Below are positions 38,709-49,031 of a stretch of DNA of 64,000 nt, piece by piece. The stretch covers positions 13,237 to 77,236 of the forward strand of contig JADJZU010000007.1 in the NCBI GenBank assembly GCA_016715625.1. Reading direction: 5' to 3'. The position numbers and the translations under genes were made by a program. A model generated the notes under the pieces. It worked only from the letters and a program-made list of their open reading frames with translations, was not told the origin of the DNA and searched no databases. This DNA is from Bacteroidota bacterium (lineage in GTDB: Bacteria; Bacteroidota; Bacteroidia; Chitinophagales; LD1). Every line of letters starts with the position of its first letter. The first letter of the stretch is position 1.

Positions 38709-38988
38709 AACACCACTGCTGAAAACCCTCGCACGTCCTTCGAAGAGGACGCTGCGCAATCCTTTTCAAAGTATAACATTTCTTAATGGTGGGTGTACCA
38801 CCCATCATTACTTGACTCAGAGTCATTATTATAGGACTCCACTTAAGCAAAGGCGAATCGGTTTAAGTTCAGCGCCACGCAGGCGAAGAATTCGTTCCTT
38901 ACCCGTAGGTGTCCCACATGCCGAAACCAACCAATTGTTAGCCGAAACCATAAAGATTACTTTGCACCCCCTTAACTGACGAACAAAA

Positions 38989-39636
38989 ATGGCAACAACC
39001 CTCTCCCATACCGAAAAACAAAAACTTTACAAGTTCGCTTTTGGGCTTGCTGTTTTTACCATCTTCTATAACATAGCAGAAGGTCTTGTTTCTACCTACC
39101 TGGGTTACGAGGCCGAAAGTTTAACCCTGTTCGGCTTTGGGGCCGACAGCTTTATAGAAGTGGTGTCCGGTCTTGGCATTGCTCACATGCTATACCGCAT
39201 TCAACAACATCCCGATAGCAATCGCAACAAGTTTGAACGAACTGCATTACGGGTAACAGGGTTTGCTTTTTACGCTTTAGTGGTGCTGCTGGTAGTAACC
39301 GCTCTGTATAATATCGGGACCGGTCATAAACCTGAATCCACCTTTTGGGGTGTAGTCATATCTGTCATCTCCATTGTGGTGATGCTGGTTTTAATTTACG
39401 GCAAAACAAAAGTGGGCACACAACTTAACTCTGACGCCATTCTTGCAGACGCGGAATGCACAAGGGTTTGCATTTATATGTCTGTTATTCTGTTACTAAG
39501 CAGTGGCATTTACGAGTTAACCAACTTTGCTTACACAGACAGTATTGGCTCCCTCGCACTGGCTTACTTTTCATTCAAGGAGGGTAAGGAGTGTTTTGAT
39601 AAAGCAAAGTCAGACAAGCTTTGCACATGTGGCTAA
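38989..39636 (+). CDS. Cation-efflux (CDF-like) membrane protein, transmembrane domain only
   Basis: The 215-aa product has six predicted helices. NIAEGLVSTYLG and FGADSFIEVVSG resemble the Asp/Glu-containing TM2 region of cation diffusion facilitators. The C-terminal tail is Cys-rich (KLCTCG). Confidence 0.6.
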   Translation: MATTLSHTEKQKLYKFAFGLAVFTIFYNIAEGLVSTYLGYEAESLTLFGFGADSFIEVVSGLGIAHMLYRIQQHPDSNRNKFERTALRVTGFAFYALVVLLVVTALYNIGTGHKPESTFWGVVISVISIVVMLVLIYGKTKVGTQLNSDAILADAECTRVCIYMSVILLLSSGIYELTNFAYTDSIGSLALAYFSFKEGKECFDKAKSDKLCTCG

Positions 39637-39769
39637 GATAATTCACCACTTCCAATCCGCATTCTTTCTTTTATGATTGGCGGGGGGCACCCACGATTGC
39701 AATCATCCCACACTGCATCGTTTATGCCCCCTGCGTATTTGATGTTCCTTTTCTATCATTGTGCCCCTT

Positions 39770-41062
39770 ATGCGCAACATACTGGTTTTGGGTGCCGGCA
39801 AGTCTTCCATTTATCTCATAGATTATCTGGTAAAGCATGCCCCTGCTCAGCAGTGGCACGTGACGGTGGCCGATGTGTCGGCCGAGCTGGCGCTCCACAA
39901 AACCAAAAACCGCCCGCATACTCAAGCACGTTCCTTCGATTTTAACCATACCACCGGCCGGCAGGCTTTAATAAAAGCAGCGGATGTGGTTATATCCATG
40001 CTGCCGGCCGCCATGCATCCCACCATCGCCAAAGACTGCCTCCGGCTCCGCAAACATCTGGTGACGCCTTCTTACATTTCCGAGGCCATGCAGGGCCTGC
40101 ATGCCGAAGCGGTGAAAAGGGGCTTGGTATTTATGAACGAAATAGGGCTGGACCCCGGCATAGACCACATGAGTTCCATGCAGGTGATTCATCGGCTGAA
40201 TGCCGAAGGGAAAGTGATTACCGGCTACAAATCGCACTGTGGCGGGCTGATAGCTCCGGAGAGCGATACCAATCCCTGGCATTATAAGTTTACCTGGAAT
40301 CCGCGCAATGTGATATTGGCCGGGCAGGGCGATGGGTTTATCCAATATCTGGAGCAGGGCAAAAAGCGCAAGCTGAAGTATGAGCAATTATTCTCCACCA
40401 CTTCGGCACTGCAGGTGCGTGGCTACGGAAATTTTGAAAGCTACCCTAACCGCGATTCTTTAAAGTATATCGGGCTCTATGGCTTGCAGGACGTAAAAAC
40501 CATGTATCGCGGCACCCTGCGCAGGCCGCTGTTTTGCGCGGGCTGGCAATGGCTGGTAGATTTGGGATTTACCGGAGTGCAGGAGTTGGATACGGCTGCT
40601 TTTCAAAAGCGGGTTTCGCGATTATTAAAAAGCAGGGCGGCTTTGGTTCCCTCGCGGATTCACCAGTTGCTGGAGGCCACAGCCGTGTTGCCCGCCTTGT
40701 ATAATCACTCCGCAAAAAGCCTCGTTCCGGCTCAGCTCCTGCAATCCGTGCTGGAAGAACAATGGGCCTTGCAGCCCAAGGACAAAGACATGGTGGTGAT
40801 GGTGCACGAGTTTTTTTACCGTAAAGGACGCGTAAACAAAAAGCTGCAGTCTTCATTGGTGGTGCTGGGCGAAAACCAGGAACACACGGCCATGGCCAAA
40901 ACGGTGGGGCTGCCCCTGGGCATGGTCACCAAGCTCATTTTGAATCAGGCGGTAAAAGCCACCGGGGTCTTAATGCCCAAAGATTCTGAAGTGTACAATC
41001 CTATATTAGCGGAGTTGGAGACCTATGGAATCGGGTTTAAAGAGAAAATAACAAAAACATAG
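39770..41062 (+). CDS. Saccharopine dehydrogenase family protein
   Basis: I set the start at the ATG at 39770 ([20 protein letters not shown], a Rossmann motif). GLDPGIDHM is present. The product is about 430 aa. Confidence 0.8.
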   Translation: MRNILVLGAGKSSIYLIDYLVKHAPAQQWHVTVADVSAELALHKTKNRPHTQARSFDFNHTTGRQALIKAADVVISMLPAAMHPTIAKDCLRLRKHLVTPSYISEAMQGLHAEAVKRGLVFMNEIGLDPGIDHMSSMQVIHRLNAEGKVITGYKSHCGGLIAPESDTNPWHYKFTWNPRNVILAGQGDGFIQYLEQGKKRKLKYEQLFSTTSALQVRGYGNFESYPNRDSLKYIGLYGLQDVKTMYRGTLRRPLFCAGWQWLVDLGFTGVQELDTAAFQKRVSRLLKSRAALVPSRIHQLLEATAVLPALYNHSAKSLVPAQLLQSVLEEQWALQPKDKDMVVMVHEFFYRKGRVNKKLQSSLVVLGENQEHTAMAKTVGLPLGMVTKLILNQAVKATGVLMPKDSEVYNPILAELETYGIGFKEKITKT

Positions 41063-41069
41063 TTTTCGT

Positions 41070-42611
41070 ATGAAAGAGCAGATAGAGAAGCTACAGGCCA
41101 AACGCCAGCAAGCCTTATTAGGTGGCGGGCAAAAAAGAATTGACGACCAGCACCGCAAGGGTAAACTGACAGCCCGCGAGCGGATTGATTTATTGCTCGA
41201 TGCCGGCAGTTTTGAAGAGATAGGCATGTTTGTGGAGCATCGCGGTCGCGATTTTAGCATTGATAAAGAAGTGTATTTAAGCGATGGCGTGGTGACAGGC
41301 TATGGCACCATTCAGGGCCGCCTGGTGTATGTGTTTTCGCAGGATTTTACGGTGTTTGGTGGCTCCCTTTCCGAAACACATGCCGAAAAGATTTGCAAGC
41401 TAATGGATCTGGCTTTAAAGAATGGAGCGCCTGTCATTGGTTTGAATGATTCGGGCGGAGCGCGCATACAGGAGGGCGTGGTTTCGCTTGGTGGCTATGC
41501 TGATATTTTTTACCGAAATACCATCGCCAGCGGAGTGATACCGCAGATTTCGGCCATCCTGGGCCCCTGTGCCGGTGGGGCGGTGTATTCTCCGGCCATC
41601 ACCGATTTTATTATGATGGTGGAGCAAACCTCCTATATGTTCGTTACAGGACCCAACGTAGTAAAAACGGTGACGCATGAAGATGTAACCAGCGAGCAGC
41701 TGGGCGGTGCCGAAGCACACGCCACTAAGAGTGGGGTGACGCATTTTACCTATGCCAACGAAGTAGCCTGCATACAAGGCATCAAAAAACTGGTGAGCTA
41801 TATGCCTTCCAATTGCGATGAATCGGCCCCTGCCCTGAACTATGAACCGGGCAATGAGGTGCGCGAAAAGTTGAACAGCATTATACCGGCCAATCCGAAT
41901 CAGCCTTACGACATGCGCGATATTATTGCGGAGGTGGTAGATGCCGATTCATTTTATGAAGTGCACAAAGGCTATGCTGAGAATATTGTGGTGGGGTTTG
42001 CGCGCATTGCAGGCAGAAGTATAGGAGTAGTAGCCAATCAACCGGCTGTGTTGGCGGGCGTGCTGGATATCAATTCTTCCAAAAAAGGAGCGCGTTTTGT
42101 TCGTTTCTGCGATTGCTTCAATATTCCATTGCTCACCTTGGTGGATGTTCCGGGATTTTTGCCGGGCACCGATCAGGAATGGCACGGTATTATCTCCAAC
42201 GGAGCTAAATTGTTATATGCTTTCAGCGAAGCAACTGTGCCCAAATTGACTGTGATTGTCCGCAAAGCCTATGGCGGAGCTTATGATGTAATGAACAGCA
42301 AGCACATTGGTGCCGATATGAATTTTGCCTGGCCCAATGCCGAGATTGCCGTGATGGGAGCCAAGGGCGCTGCGGAGATTATTTTTAAGCGGGAGATAGC
42401 GGAGTCGGCTAACAAAGAGGAAAAACTAAAAGAAGTAGTGGATGCTTATTCTGAGAATTTTGCCAATCCTTATAAAGCCGCAGCGCGTGGGTTTGTAGAT
42501 GAAGTGATAGAGCCTTCGCAAACCAGAGCTAAATTGATACGGGCTTTCAAGATGACTGAGAATAAGGCCGTGAAATTGCCTCGCAAAAAGCACGGCAATA
42601 TTCCATTATAA
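41070..42611 (+). CDS. Acyl-CoA carboxylase carboxyltransferase (beta) subunit; propionyl-CoA carboxylase / methylmalonyl-CoA decarboxylase type
   Basis: The 513-aa product contains [27 protein letters not shown] and [10 protein letters not shown]-like [13 protein letters not shown]. Confidence 0.9.
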   Translation: MKEQIEKLQAKRQQALLGGGQKRIDDQHRKGKLTARERIDLLLDAGSFEEIGMFVEHRGRDFSIDKEVYLSDGVVTGYGTIQGRLVYVFSQDFTVFGGSLSETHAEKICKLMDLALKNGAPVIGLNDSGGARIQEGVVSLGGYADIFYRNTIASGVIPQISAILGPCAGGAVYSPAITDFIMMVEQTSYMFVTGPNVVKTVTHEDVTSEQLGGAEAHATKSGVTHFTYANEVACIQGIKKLVSYMPSNCDESAPALNYEPGNEVREKLNSIIPANPNQPYDMRDIIAEVVDADSFYEVHKGYAENIVVGFARIAGRSIGVVANQPAVLAGVLDINSSKKGARFVRFCDCFNIPLLTLVDVPGFLPGTDQEWHGIISNGAKLLYAFSEATVPKLTVIVRKAYGGAYDVMNSKHIGADMNFAWPNAEIAVMGAKGAAEIIFKREIAESANKEEKLKEVVDAYSENFANPYKAAARGFVDEVIEPSQTRAKLIRAFKMTENKAVKLPRKKHGNIPL

Positions 42612-42688
42612 ACAGGTGTAATTCCCACAGGGGGTCTTTATGAATTTACCAGCAGCTCATACCTTTCGTCATCTTTAGAAGCCATTAC

Positions 42689-43765
42689 GTGCTGCTGATG
42701 ATGGCAGGCCTGTTGAGCATGCAGCGTTCTTCCGCACAGTGCTTAGCTCCCTTCCAGGACTTCAACAATTTTGTTTATCTCTTTGATGCCGGTCAAAGCA
42801 ACTACATCGAAAACCTGCCGCTGCGCAGTTACAAGGTGGGGCGCAACAACATCTTTGCCTACATAGCCGCCAATAATCGCCTGAAGGTGTATTACCGCGG
42901 CAAGACATTTACCGTAAACGACAACACTCCCAATTATTACATGACCGATAACTGGTTGTTGTATCAGAATTTTAATCAGATTAAAGTGCTGTATGAAAAT
43001 CAGTTTCTCACCATCGAAAATTTCTTTCGGTTTGGCGAAGACTCGCTGTATTATTCCGATAGTCTCATTGTGTGGCAAAATACCTTGGGCGAGCTCAATG
43101 TGTTTTATGAAGGCAAAACACAGATTATAGAGCGCAGTGGTATTCAGCGGGCAAAGATTGGCGATAATATGTTTGCCTATATCGACCTGAATGGAACGTT
43201 TAAAGTGTTTTATCAGGGCAAAACCTTTACGCTGGAAACCTATGAGCCGGTCAATTTTCTGGTGGACCGCGACATGATTATGTATATAGACTACTATGGC
43301 AACTTCAAATACTTTGATGCCGGAGAAGCGCACGAAACGCAGCAGATTTCGGTGAATGAGTACTGGACCGGTCAGCAGTTTGCCTGCTATATTTCGCAGC
43401 TTAAGCAACTCGTGGTTTATTACAAAGGCGAGGAAACGATATTGATGCAGGACCGCCCTCAGAAACTCATCGTGAAAGAAAATCTGATTGTATATCTCGA
43501 TAAAGGGAACAACTTCTGGTGTTGGTATAAAGGAAAAAAGTATTGGCTGGAAAGATACGTGCCGCGTAGTATAGAGGTCGATAACGATATTATCGTGTAT
43601 CAGGATTTAGACGGACGCCTGCGCGGTTTTTATTACGGAGAGCAGGTAGACATCAGCGACCAGATTGTGAAGAAATACAACCTCTACAATGAGGCCGTTA
43701 CCTACTCGCTGCAACCTTACGAAACCAAAGTTTGGTGCAATAAAAAAACCTACACTTTTCAGTAG
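42689..43765 (+). CDS. Hypothetical secreted protein built from about nine ~38-aa repeats
   Basis: The product has a signal peptide ending SSAQC. The repeated unit is aromatic-Y-x(5-6)-hKVaYxGKxxxhE. Examples are LKVYYRGKTFTVN, LNVFYEGKTQIIE, FKVFYQGKTFTLE, LVVYYKGEETILM, FWCWYKGKKYWLE and LRGFYYGEQVDIS. Confidence 0.55.
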   Translation: MLLMMAGLLSMQRSSAQCLAPFQDFNNFVYLFDAGQSNYIENLPLRSYKVGRNNIFAYIAANNRLKVYYRGKTFTVNDNTPNYYMTDNWLLYQNFNQIKVLYENQFLTIENFFRFGEDSLYYSDSLIVWQNTLGELNVFYEGKTQIIERSGIQRAKIGDNMFAYIDLNGTFKVFYQGKTFTLETYEPVNFLVDRDMIMYIDYYGNFKYFDAGEAHETQQISVNEYWTGQQFACYISQLKQLVVYYKGEETILMQDRPQKLIVKENLIVYLDKGNNFWCWYKGKKYWLERYVPRSIEVDNDIIVYQDLDGRLRGFYYGEQVDISDQIVKKYNLYNEAVTYSLQPYETKVWCNKKTYTFQ

Positions 43766-43795
43766 TAGGTTTTCTTATAATCTGAAGTATATGTT

Positions 43796-45004
43796 TTATA
43801 CCCGTTCAATAATCGTAGCTACGCCCATTCCGCCACCCACACATAAGGTGATAAGTCCGGTAGATTTGTTGGTGCGCTCTAATTCATCTAATACGGTTCC
43901 CAGCAACATAGAGCCGGTGGCCCCCAGCGGGTGCCCCATGGCAATGGCACCACCGTTCACGTTGAGGATAGCATCATCAATATCCATGTCGCGCTGAAAC
44001 TTGAGAACAGCCGAGGCAAAGGCTTCATTCATCTCGTAGAGGTCAATATCTTTGGCGTTCATTCCGGCTACGGCAAGTGCTTTTTTGGCCGAGAAAGCCG
44101 GGCCTGTAAGCATAATCGTGGGGTCGGCTGATGTAACAGCGGCTGCCACAATGCGCGCGCGGGGTTTTAACCCCAGCTTTTCTCCGATTTCTTTGGAGCC
44201 TACCAAGGTAAGCGCAGCGCCATCTACAATGCCGGATGAATTTCCGGGAGTATGTACATGGTTTATGTTTTCTACTTGCGTATACTTCAGCATGGCCACG
44301 GCATCAAAACCAAATTCGCCCATCATGGCAAAGGAGGGCTCCAGTTTTTTCATGGCTTCCATCGAGGCATCTTCGCGGATGGTTTCATCATTATCCAAAA
44401 TCATGATACCGCTTTGGTCAGTAACCGGTATCACCGATTTTTTAAAGTAACCGGCCTTGCGGGCTGCGGCTGCTTTGCGATGCGAGCTAAGGGCGTAGTT
44501 ATCGACCGTTTCGCGGCTAAAGCCTTCAATGGTGGCAATCAGGTCAGCTGAAATTCCCTGAGGGATAAAACCGAGGCGGCTGTTGACTTGCGGGTCCAGA
44601 TACCAGGCACCACCATCGCTGCCCATGGGGTTGCGGCTCATGGATTCCACGCCACCGGCTACTACTAATTCTTCCCAACCGCTTCGCACTTTCATGGCAG
44701 CCAGGTTAATAGCCTCCAGCCCCGATGAGCAGAATCGGTTGATTTGCATACCCGATACTTTTTCACTCCATCCGGCCATGGCATGGCCAAACTTGGCAAT
44801 GTCTCCGCCTTGTTCGCCAATAGGGGTGACGCAACCCAGCACCACATCGTCTACCTGCGAAGTGTCGAAATGGTGATTGCGCTCGGAGAGCGCTTTGAAT
44901 AAAGTTGCCAGCAGGTTAACTGGTTTTACCTCATAGAGTGAACCGGATTTTTTTCCTCTGCCACGTGGCGTGCGCACCGAATCGTAGATGTAAGCTTCTT
45001 TCAT
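43796..45004 (-). CDS. Acetyl-CoA C-acyltransferase (thiolase)
   Basis: The 402-aa product has [10 protein letters not shown] carrying the active-site Cys. [17 protein letters not shown] and a C-terminal CVGGGMG are also present. Confidence 0.9.
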   Translation of the reverse strand: MKEAYIYDSVRTPRGRGKKSGSLYEVKPVNLLATLFKALSERNHHFDTSQVDDVVLGCVTPIGEQGGDIAKFGHAMAGWSEKVSGMQINRFCSSGLEAINLAAMKVRSGWEELVVAGGVESMSRNPMGSDGGAWYLDPQVNSRLGFIPQGISADLIATIEGFSRETVDNYALSSHRKAAAARKAGYFKKSVIPVTDQSGIMILDNDETIREDASMEAMKKLEPSFAMMGEFGFDAVAMLKYTQVENINHVHTPGNSSGIVDGAALTLVGSKEIGEKLGLKPRARIVAAAVTSADPTIMLTGPAFSAKKALAVAGMNAKDIDLYEMNEAFASAVLKFQRDMDIDDAILNVNGGAIAMGHPLGATGSMLLGTVLDELERTNKSTGLITLCVGGGMGVATIIERV

Positions 45005-45014
45005 ATTGTGTAAT

Positions 45015-45596
45015 TTATTTGCGGGTTCCGTTTAAAATTAAATCAGTGAAAATTTCTGCAACGCGTTCAATGCTGTAGCCCTCTTTTACATGATACCAGC
45101 GGTAACTCCAGTTCAGCATGCCTAAGATGCCCTTTACAACCATCTTGTAGTCCATCTCTTCTCTGAAATCGCCTCGCTTTACACCTTCAGCAAATATCTC
45201 AAGCCATCCGCTTTCGTATTGGCGTATCAATTGAAAAATATCGTTGCTCGATGTTTTGTTGATGAGTTGCAAATCCTCTGAAATAAATACCCCGAAGGCA
45301 TCGAGGTTATTATGGAAAAGATGCAGGTGGCTCACCGTGCATAATTTTATCTTATCAGCTGGAGTATGTTCTTTGTCTTTAATGCTATCGAGCAGCGATA
45401 CGCTTTGCTCCAGAATATCTTCTACCAAACCTTTCAGCAAATCTTCTTTGGTGGATATATAGTAATACAAACTGCCTTTCTGCATACCCAAAGCATCGGC
45501 CACATCCTGTATCCGCGTGGCATGGTAGCCTTTGGTACGAAATACCTTGGCTGCCTTTTTAAGAATTTCTGTCTTTTTGAGATCGTGCTTTACCAT
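45015..45596 (-). CDS. TetR/AcrR family transcriptional regulator
   Basis: The N-terminal HTH reads [36 protein letters not shown]. The gene lies directly upstream of the thiolase on the same strand. Confidence 0.85.
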   Translation of the reverse strand: MVKHDLKKTEILKKAAKVFRTKGYHATRIQDVADALGMQKGSLYYYISTKEDLLKGLVEDILEQSVSLLDSIKDKEHTPADKIKLCTVSHLHLFHNNLDAFGVFISEDLQLINKTSSNDIFQLIRQYESGWLEIFAEGVKRGDFREEMDYKMVVKGILGMLNWSYRWYHVKEGYSIERVAEIFTDLILNGTRK

Positions 45597-45683
45597 GACT
45601 GCTGAGTAGCAAACATATAAGGCATAAGGAGAAATTCAAACGGTTGTTTGAAAAGTGTTTTGTAGGCAAGGTTGGCCCTGGCC

Positions 45684-47240
45684 TTACTTGCTGCTCAGTT
45701 TGATAAGCGGAACAATCATTTCTTCCAACGAGATACCGCCATGCTGAAACGTATTCTTGTAAAAGTTTACAAAGTGGTTGTAGTTGTTGGGGTACACCAG
45801 GTATTTGTCCTCTTTGGCAAAAATGTAGGTGGAACTCAGTCGGCTTTTGGGCAAACCGATAGATTCGGGTTCGCGAACGGTGTAAACGTCTTTCTCTTCA
45901 AAGTTGAGGTTCCGCCCGTTTTTGTATCGAATGTTGGTGGTGGTTTCGCGGTCGCCAATACAGCGCGAAGGAGATTGAACGCGCATCGTTCCATGGTCGG
46001 TCGTCAATAACACGTTTACATCTTTTTCGGCCAGCTTCTTCAAGGCGTTTTGCAAGGGCGAATGATCGAACCAAGACACAGAGAGCGAGCGATAAGCGGC
46101 TTCGTCACTCGCCAATTCTTTTAATACTTCCATTTCGGTGCGCGCGTGCGAAAGCATGTCCACAAAATTGTAGACAATCACGGTCAACTTATTGTTGTAA
46201 TAGTTGCTGATGTTGTTTTCCAGCAATTCCCCATCGCGGTGGTTGGTTATTTTTACGTATTGGTGTTTGATGGGTTCATGAAAAGTTCTTTTCAGAAATG
46301 CTTCCAGAAAATCTGCTTCAAACAGGTTTTTTCCTCCTTCATCATCATCGTTTTTCCATTTGTCCGGAAACTGCTTTTGAATATCGGCAGGCATCATGCC
46401 GGCAAAAATGGCATTGCGGGCATATTGGGTAGCAGTGGGTAAGATGGCATAAAAAGACTCTTCGGAATCCACCCTGAAATTTTCCATCACCATAGGTTGT
46501 ATCGCTTTCCATTGGTCATAGCGGAGATTATCAATCAGGATGAGGAAAGTGGGCTTATTCTCTTTCAGCATAGGCACCAGCTTCTGCCGAAGCAGGTTGT
46601 GGCTCATAACAGGGGCATTGTCCCCCGGCTCTGTGTTTACCCATGTTTTATAATTTTTAATCACAAACTTGTTGAATTCGCGGTTGGCCTCTTCTTTTTG
46701 TGATTCAAAAATCTGCTTCATGCTTGAATCACTTTTGTCCAGCTCCATTTCCCAATAAATGAGCTTTTTGTAAAGCTCGGCCCATTCATTAAAGTTCATG
46801 TGCTCTTGTATCTGCATAAAAAGCTTCTGGAACTCTTGTTGGTAGTTGGATGTTGTTTTCTCTGTGATCAAACGGCTGTTGTCAATGATTTTTTTGAGGG
46901 TAGAAAGAATCTGCTGCGGTTTCACGGGTTTAATGAGGTAATCCGCAATCTGCGAACCAATAGCATCTTCCATTAGATTTTCCTCCTCGTTTTTGGTAAT
47001 CATTACACAAGGTAAATGCTGGTTAATTTCCTTGATGCGTTGCAGGGTTTCCAGGCCGGTGAGTCCTGGCATGCTTTCGTCTAAAAAAACCACGTCAATT
47101 CCTTTGGCTGTTACTTTATCAATGGCATCTTTTCCATTGGTAACCGGAATCACCTTGTAGCCTTTATTTTCCAGGAACATAATGCTGGGTTTCAGTAAAT
47201 CTATTTCATCGTCTGCCCAGAGGATAGTAATTGCGGCCAT
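45684..47240 (-). CDS. porX: PorX-type response regulator (receiver domain + PglZ/alkaline-phosphatase-like domain)
   Basis: The N-terminal receiver is canonical (ILWADDEIDLL, FLDESMPG, VMITK, ADYLIKP). It is followed by a ~400-aa PglZ-like domain (LIDNLRYDQW...DMLSHAR...TTDHG). I set the start at the ATG at 47240. Confidence 0.8.
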   Translation of the reverse strand: MAAITILWADDEIDLLKPSIMFLENKGYKVIPVTNGKDAIDKVTAKGIDVVFLDESMPGLTGLETLQRIKEINQHLPCVMITKNEEENLMEDAIGSQIADYLIKPVKPQQILSTLKKIIDNSRLITEKTTSNYQQEFQKLFMQIQEHMNFNEWAELYKKLIYWEMELDKSDSSMKQIFESQKEEANREFNKFVIKNYKTWVNTEPGDNAPVMSHNLLRQKLVPMLKENKPTFLILIDNLRYDQWKAIQPMVMENFRVDSEESFYAILPTATQYARNAIFAGMMPADIQKQFPDKWKNDDDEGGKNLFEADFLEAFLKRTFHEPIKHQYVKITNHRDGELLENNISNYYNNKLTVIVYNFVDMLSHARTEMEVLKELASDEAAYRSLSVSWFDHSPLQNALKKLAEKDVNVLLTTDHGTMRVQSPSRCIGDRETTTNIRYKNGRNLNFEEKDVYTVREPESIGLPKSRLSSTYIFAKEDKYLVYPNNYNHFVNFYKNTFQHGGISLEEMIVPLIKLSSK

Positions 47241-47348
47241 GGTGTTTGGTAGTGGTTTTGCTTGTATCATGCAAGTATAAAGCGATAACCGGTATTTTAT
47301 TGTGTAAGCGACTTGTTAAGAAAATGAAAACCCGGAGAGGGCCATTCT

Positions 47349-49031
47349 CTAAGGACGGCTCCATTGCTGGAGCTGTTTTTCCATTTTTTCTACTTCGTGC
47401 CGGTCGTTTACTTCTTTGGTAAGAGCCGTTTTTAAAAGCGCAACGGCATTTGATTTTCTGCCGCGCATTTGCTCATACTCCGCCAACCAATAATATGTTT
47501 CCCAAAATTCAGGATTCGTTGCTATGAAGTTGGCGGTTAAATTTTGCTCTTGTGGCAAAGGCTTTTCCTGAAGCACGGCCCGTCTAATCTCTTTTTTGAT
47601 TGCTTTGAACCGGTTGTAGTTTTTCCAATTGCCCGAATAGAGAAACGAGTCCGGAGCTATGTTTAACGTTTGCTCATAAATTTCATCATTGTTTCTTTTA
47701 GCAGGAGCTTCCTCAAAAATTTTTCTCAAATCGTAACAGACAAAGGCACCTAGCTGATAAGGATTGGCAGTTACCCACATGCGCAACTGCTCCGGCTGAA
47801 AAATAACGGCATGGTGGCTGAGCAACTGATTCAATGCTTTTTCATTGCCCATGCCAATGTTTTTTTCTTGCTGTCCTTTTTGGTCGCGTAAAATTTCGGC
47901 CACATGGGTATAGTCGAGTTGTTCGTGTTGTTGCATTAACTCCTGCAAACGAATAAAACGATACATGGAGGCACTGGTGGCGATGTTCTCTATATTATTC
48001 TTGTCGGTTCTGAAGCTATCGCTTTGATAATGGTTAGCACAAAGTATAAAGTTGGTGTCGCTTTGAACCAGAACAGTTTTTGTAATAGATTTTTCAATGA
48101 GTGCGGTTCGGTGGTCAGCCGCAGAGCCTATCATTAATGTTTCGCACACAAACGTTTTCCTCTTTTTAGCAATGGCGAAAGCTTCGTCAATCGTGCCGGC
48201 ATATTGCAATATTTCGCGCGCCAGAATAGCAATGGGAGTGGCGGATGCGTTGGGGAAATCACTTTTGGCAGCATTGAGTGTAACCGTGAGCCCTTTTTCG
48301 TTCATGCCTGAAACGCAACCCATAAAACCGGCCCAGGTTACCATCGCAAAACGATGCCCATCCTCCGGCTTGCAAAAGAGCACAATCTTATCCTCGCCAA
48401 ACTTATCGCCCAGACTAAAATCAAAGTTGCGTCCGATGATTAATGAAGAGTCGGAGCTTTTACCATCCCAGGCCGAAAAAGAGGTGCATCCCACTAAAGC
48501 AAAATTCTGCAATGCATGACCAATGTCGTGAGCGGCATGGTAGTTTAACATCCTGTCGTATGCGGGTGATATGTAGTCAAATTCATGCGGTGCCGAAAAG
48601 GACTCCCCATATATCTCCAACTTGTTTTCTTCCGGAAAATTTTCTTCCAGGTTGCGGTTAAATACCCGGGTAAACAGTGCCAGAAAGCTGAGATAATTGT
48701 CGTTGGGTATTAACTGGTGAATTTGGTCTACGAATGCTTTTTCTTGTGTGTAAAGCATTTCTTTATTCAGTTTGCCGAGAATAACACCCCGGGTAAATGG
48801 ATCTCCTTCTACATACTCTTCCCAAATTCCATATTGATTTTTGCGCAACCAGTTGTTCCCAATTCTGAAATGGTTTTCCCCGACTTTCTCGCGCTGCAAA
48901 TCGAGCGTTGCTTCGTTTTTCGCCTCGGGATGTTCAGGAGCCATGCCCCACTTGATGTATCCCAGGACGACTACTATCAGCAGCACAAAGCCGAGCAATA
49001 CACTCCCGATAATTTTAAACAGCCGCATCAT
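47349..49031 (-). CDS. C45 family (acyl-CoA:6-APA acyltransferase-like) Ntn hydrolase with an N-terminal TM anchor
   Basis: The 560-aa product has a TM helix at its N-terminus. LVGCTSFSAW fits the Gly-Cys autoprocessing and nucleophile site. IIGRNFDF is also present. The C-terminal part is helical and TPR-like. Its start overlaps the end of the upstream oxidoreductase gene. Confidence 0.65.
   Translation of the reverse strand: MMRLFKIIGSVLLGFVLLIVVVLGYIKWGMAPEHPEAKNEATLDLQREKVGENHFRIGNNWLRKNQYGIWEEYVEGDPFTRGVILGKLNKEMLYTQEKAFVDQIHQLIPNDNYLSFLALFTRVFNRNLEENFPEENKLEIYGESFSAPHEFDYISPAYDRMLNYHAAHDIGHALQNFALVGCTSFSAWDGKSSDSSLIIGRNFDFSLGDKFGEDKIVLFCKPEDGHRFAMVTWAGFMGCVSGMNEKGLTVTLNAAKSDFPNASATPIAILAREILQYAGTIDEAFAIAKKRKTFVCETLMIGSAADHRTALIEKSITKTVLVQSDTNFILCANHYQSDSFRTDKNNIENIATSASMYRFIRLQELMQQHEQLDYTHVAEILRDQKGQQEKNIGMGNEKALNQLLSHHAVIFQPEQLRMWVTANPYQLGAFVCYDLRKIFEEAPAKRNNDEIYEQTLNIAPDSFLYSGNWKNYNRFKAIKKEIRRAVLQEKPLPQEQNLTANFIATNPEFWETYYWLAEYEQMRGRKSNAVALLKTALTKEVNDRHEVEKMEKQLQQWSRP

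Noticed and set aside
38709-38988. A 280-bp leader upstream of the CDF-like transporter considered as a metal riboswitch. It contains hairpins such as CGTCCT-TCGAAG-AGGACG and GGTGGGTGTACCACCC.
   Set aside because: It has no resemblance I can verify to czcD/NiCo or yybP-ykoY consensus cores. The hairpins are short and could be terminators of the decayed upstream gene.
39673-42611. An impression of higher GC content in the saccharopine dehydrogenase / carboxylase region as evidence of horizontal transfer. One 60-bp sample was about 55 percent GC, against 38-47 percent in two samples elsewhere.
   Set aside because: The impression rests on a few hand-counted 60-bp samples only. The genes are ordinary metabolic genes and no mobility genes flank them. 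A sliding-window GC and codon-usage calculation is needed.
42743-43408. A 221-aa minus-strand ORF.
   Set aside because: It is antisense to the repeat protein gene, which has a signal peptide and a regular repeat structure. The antisense translation has no features.
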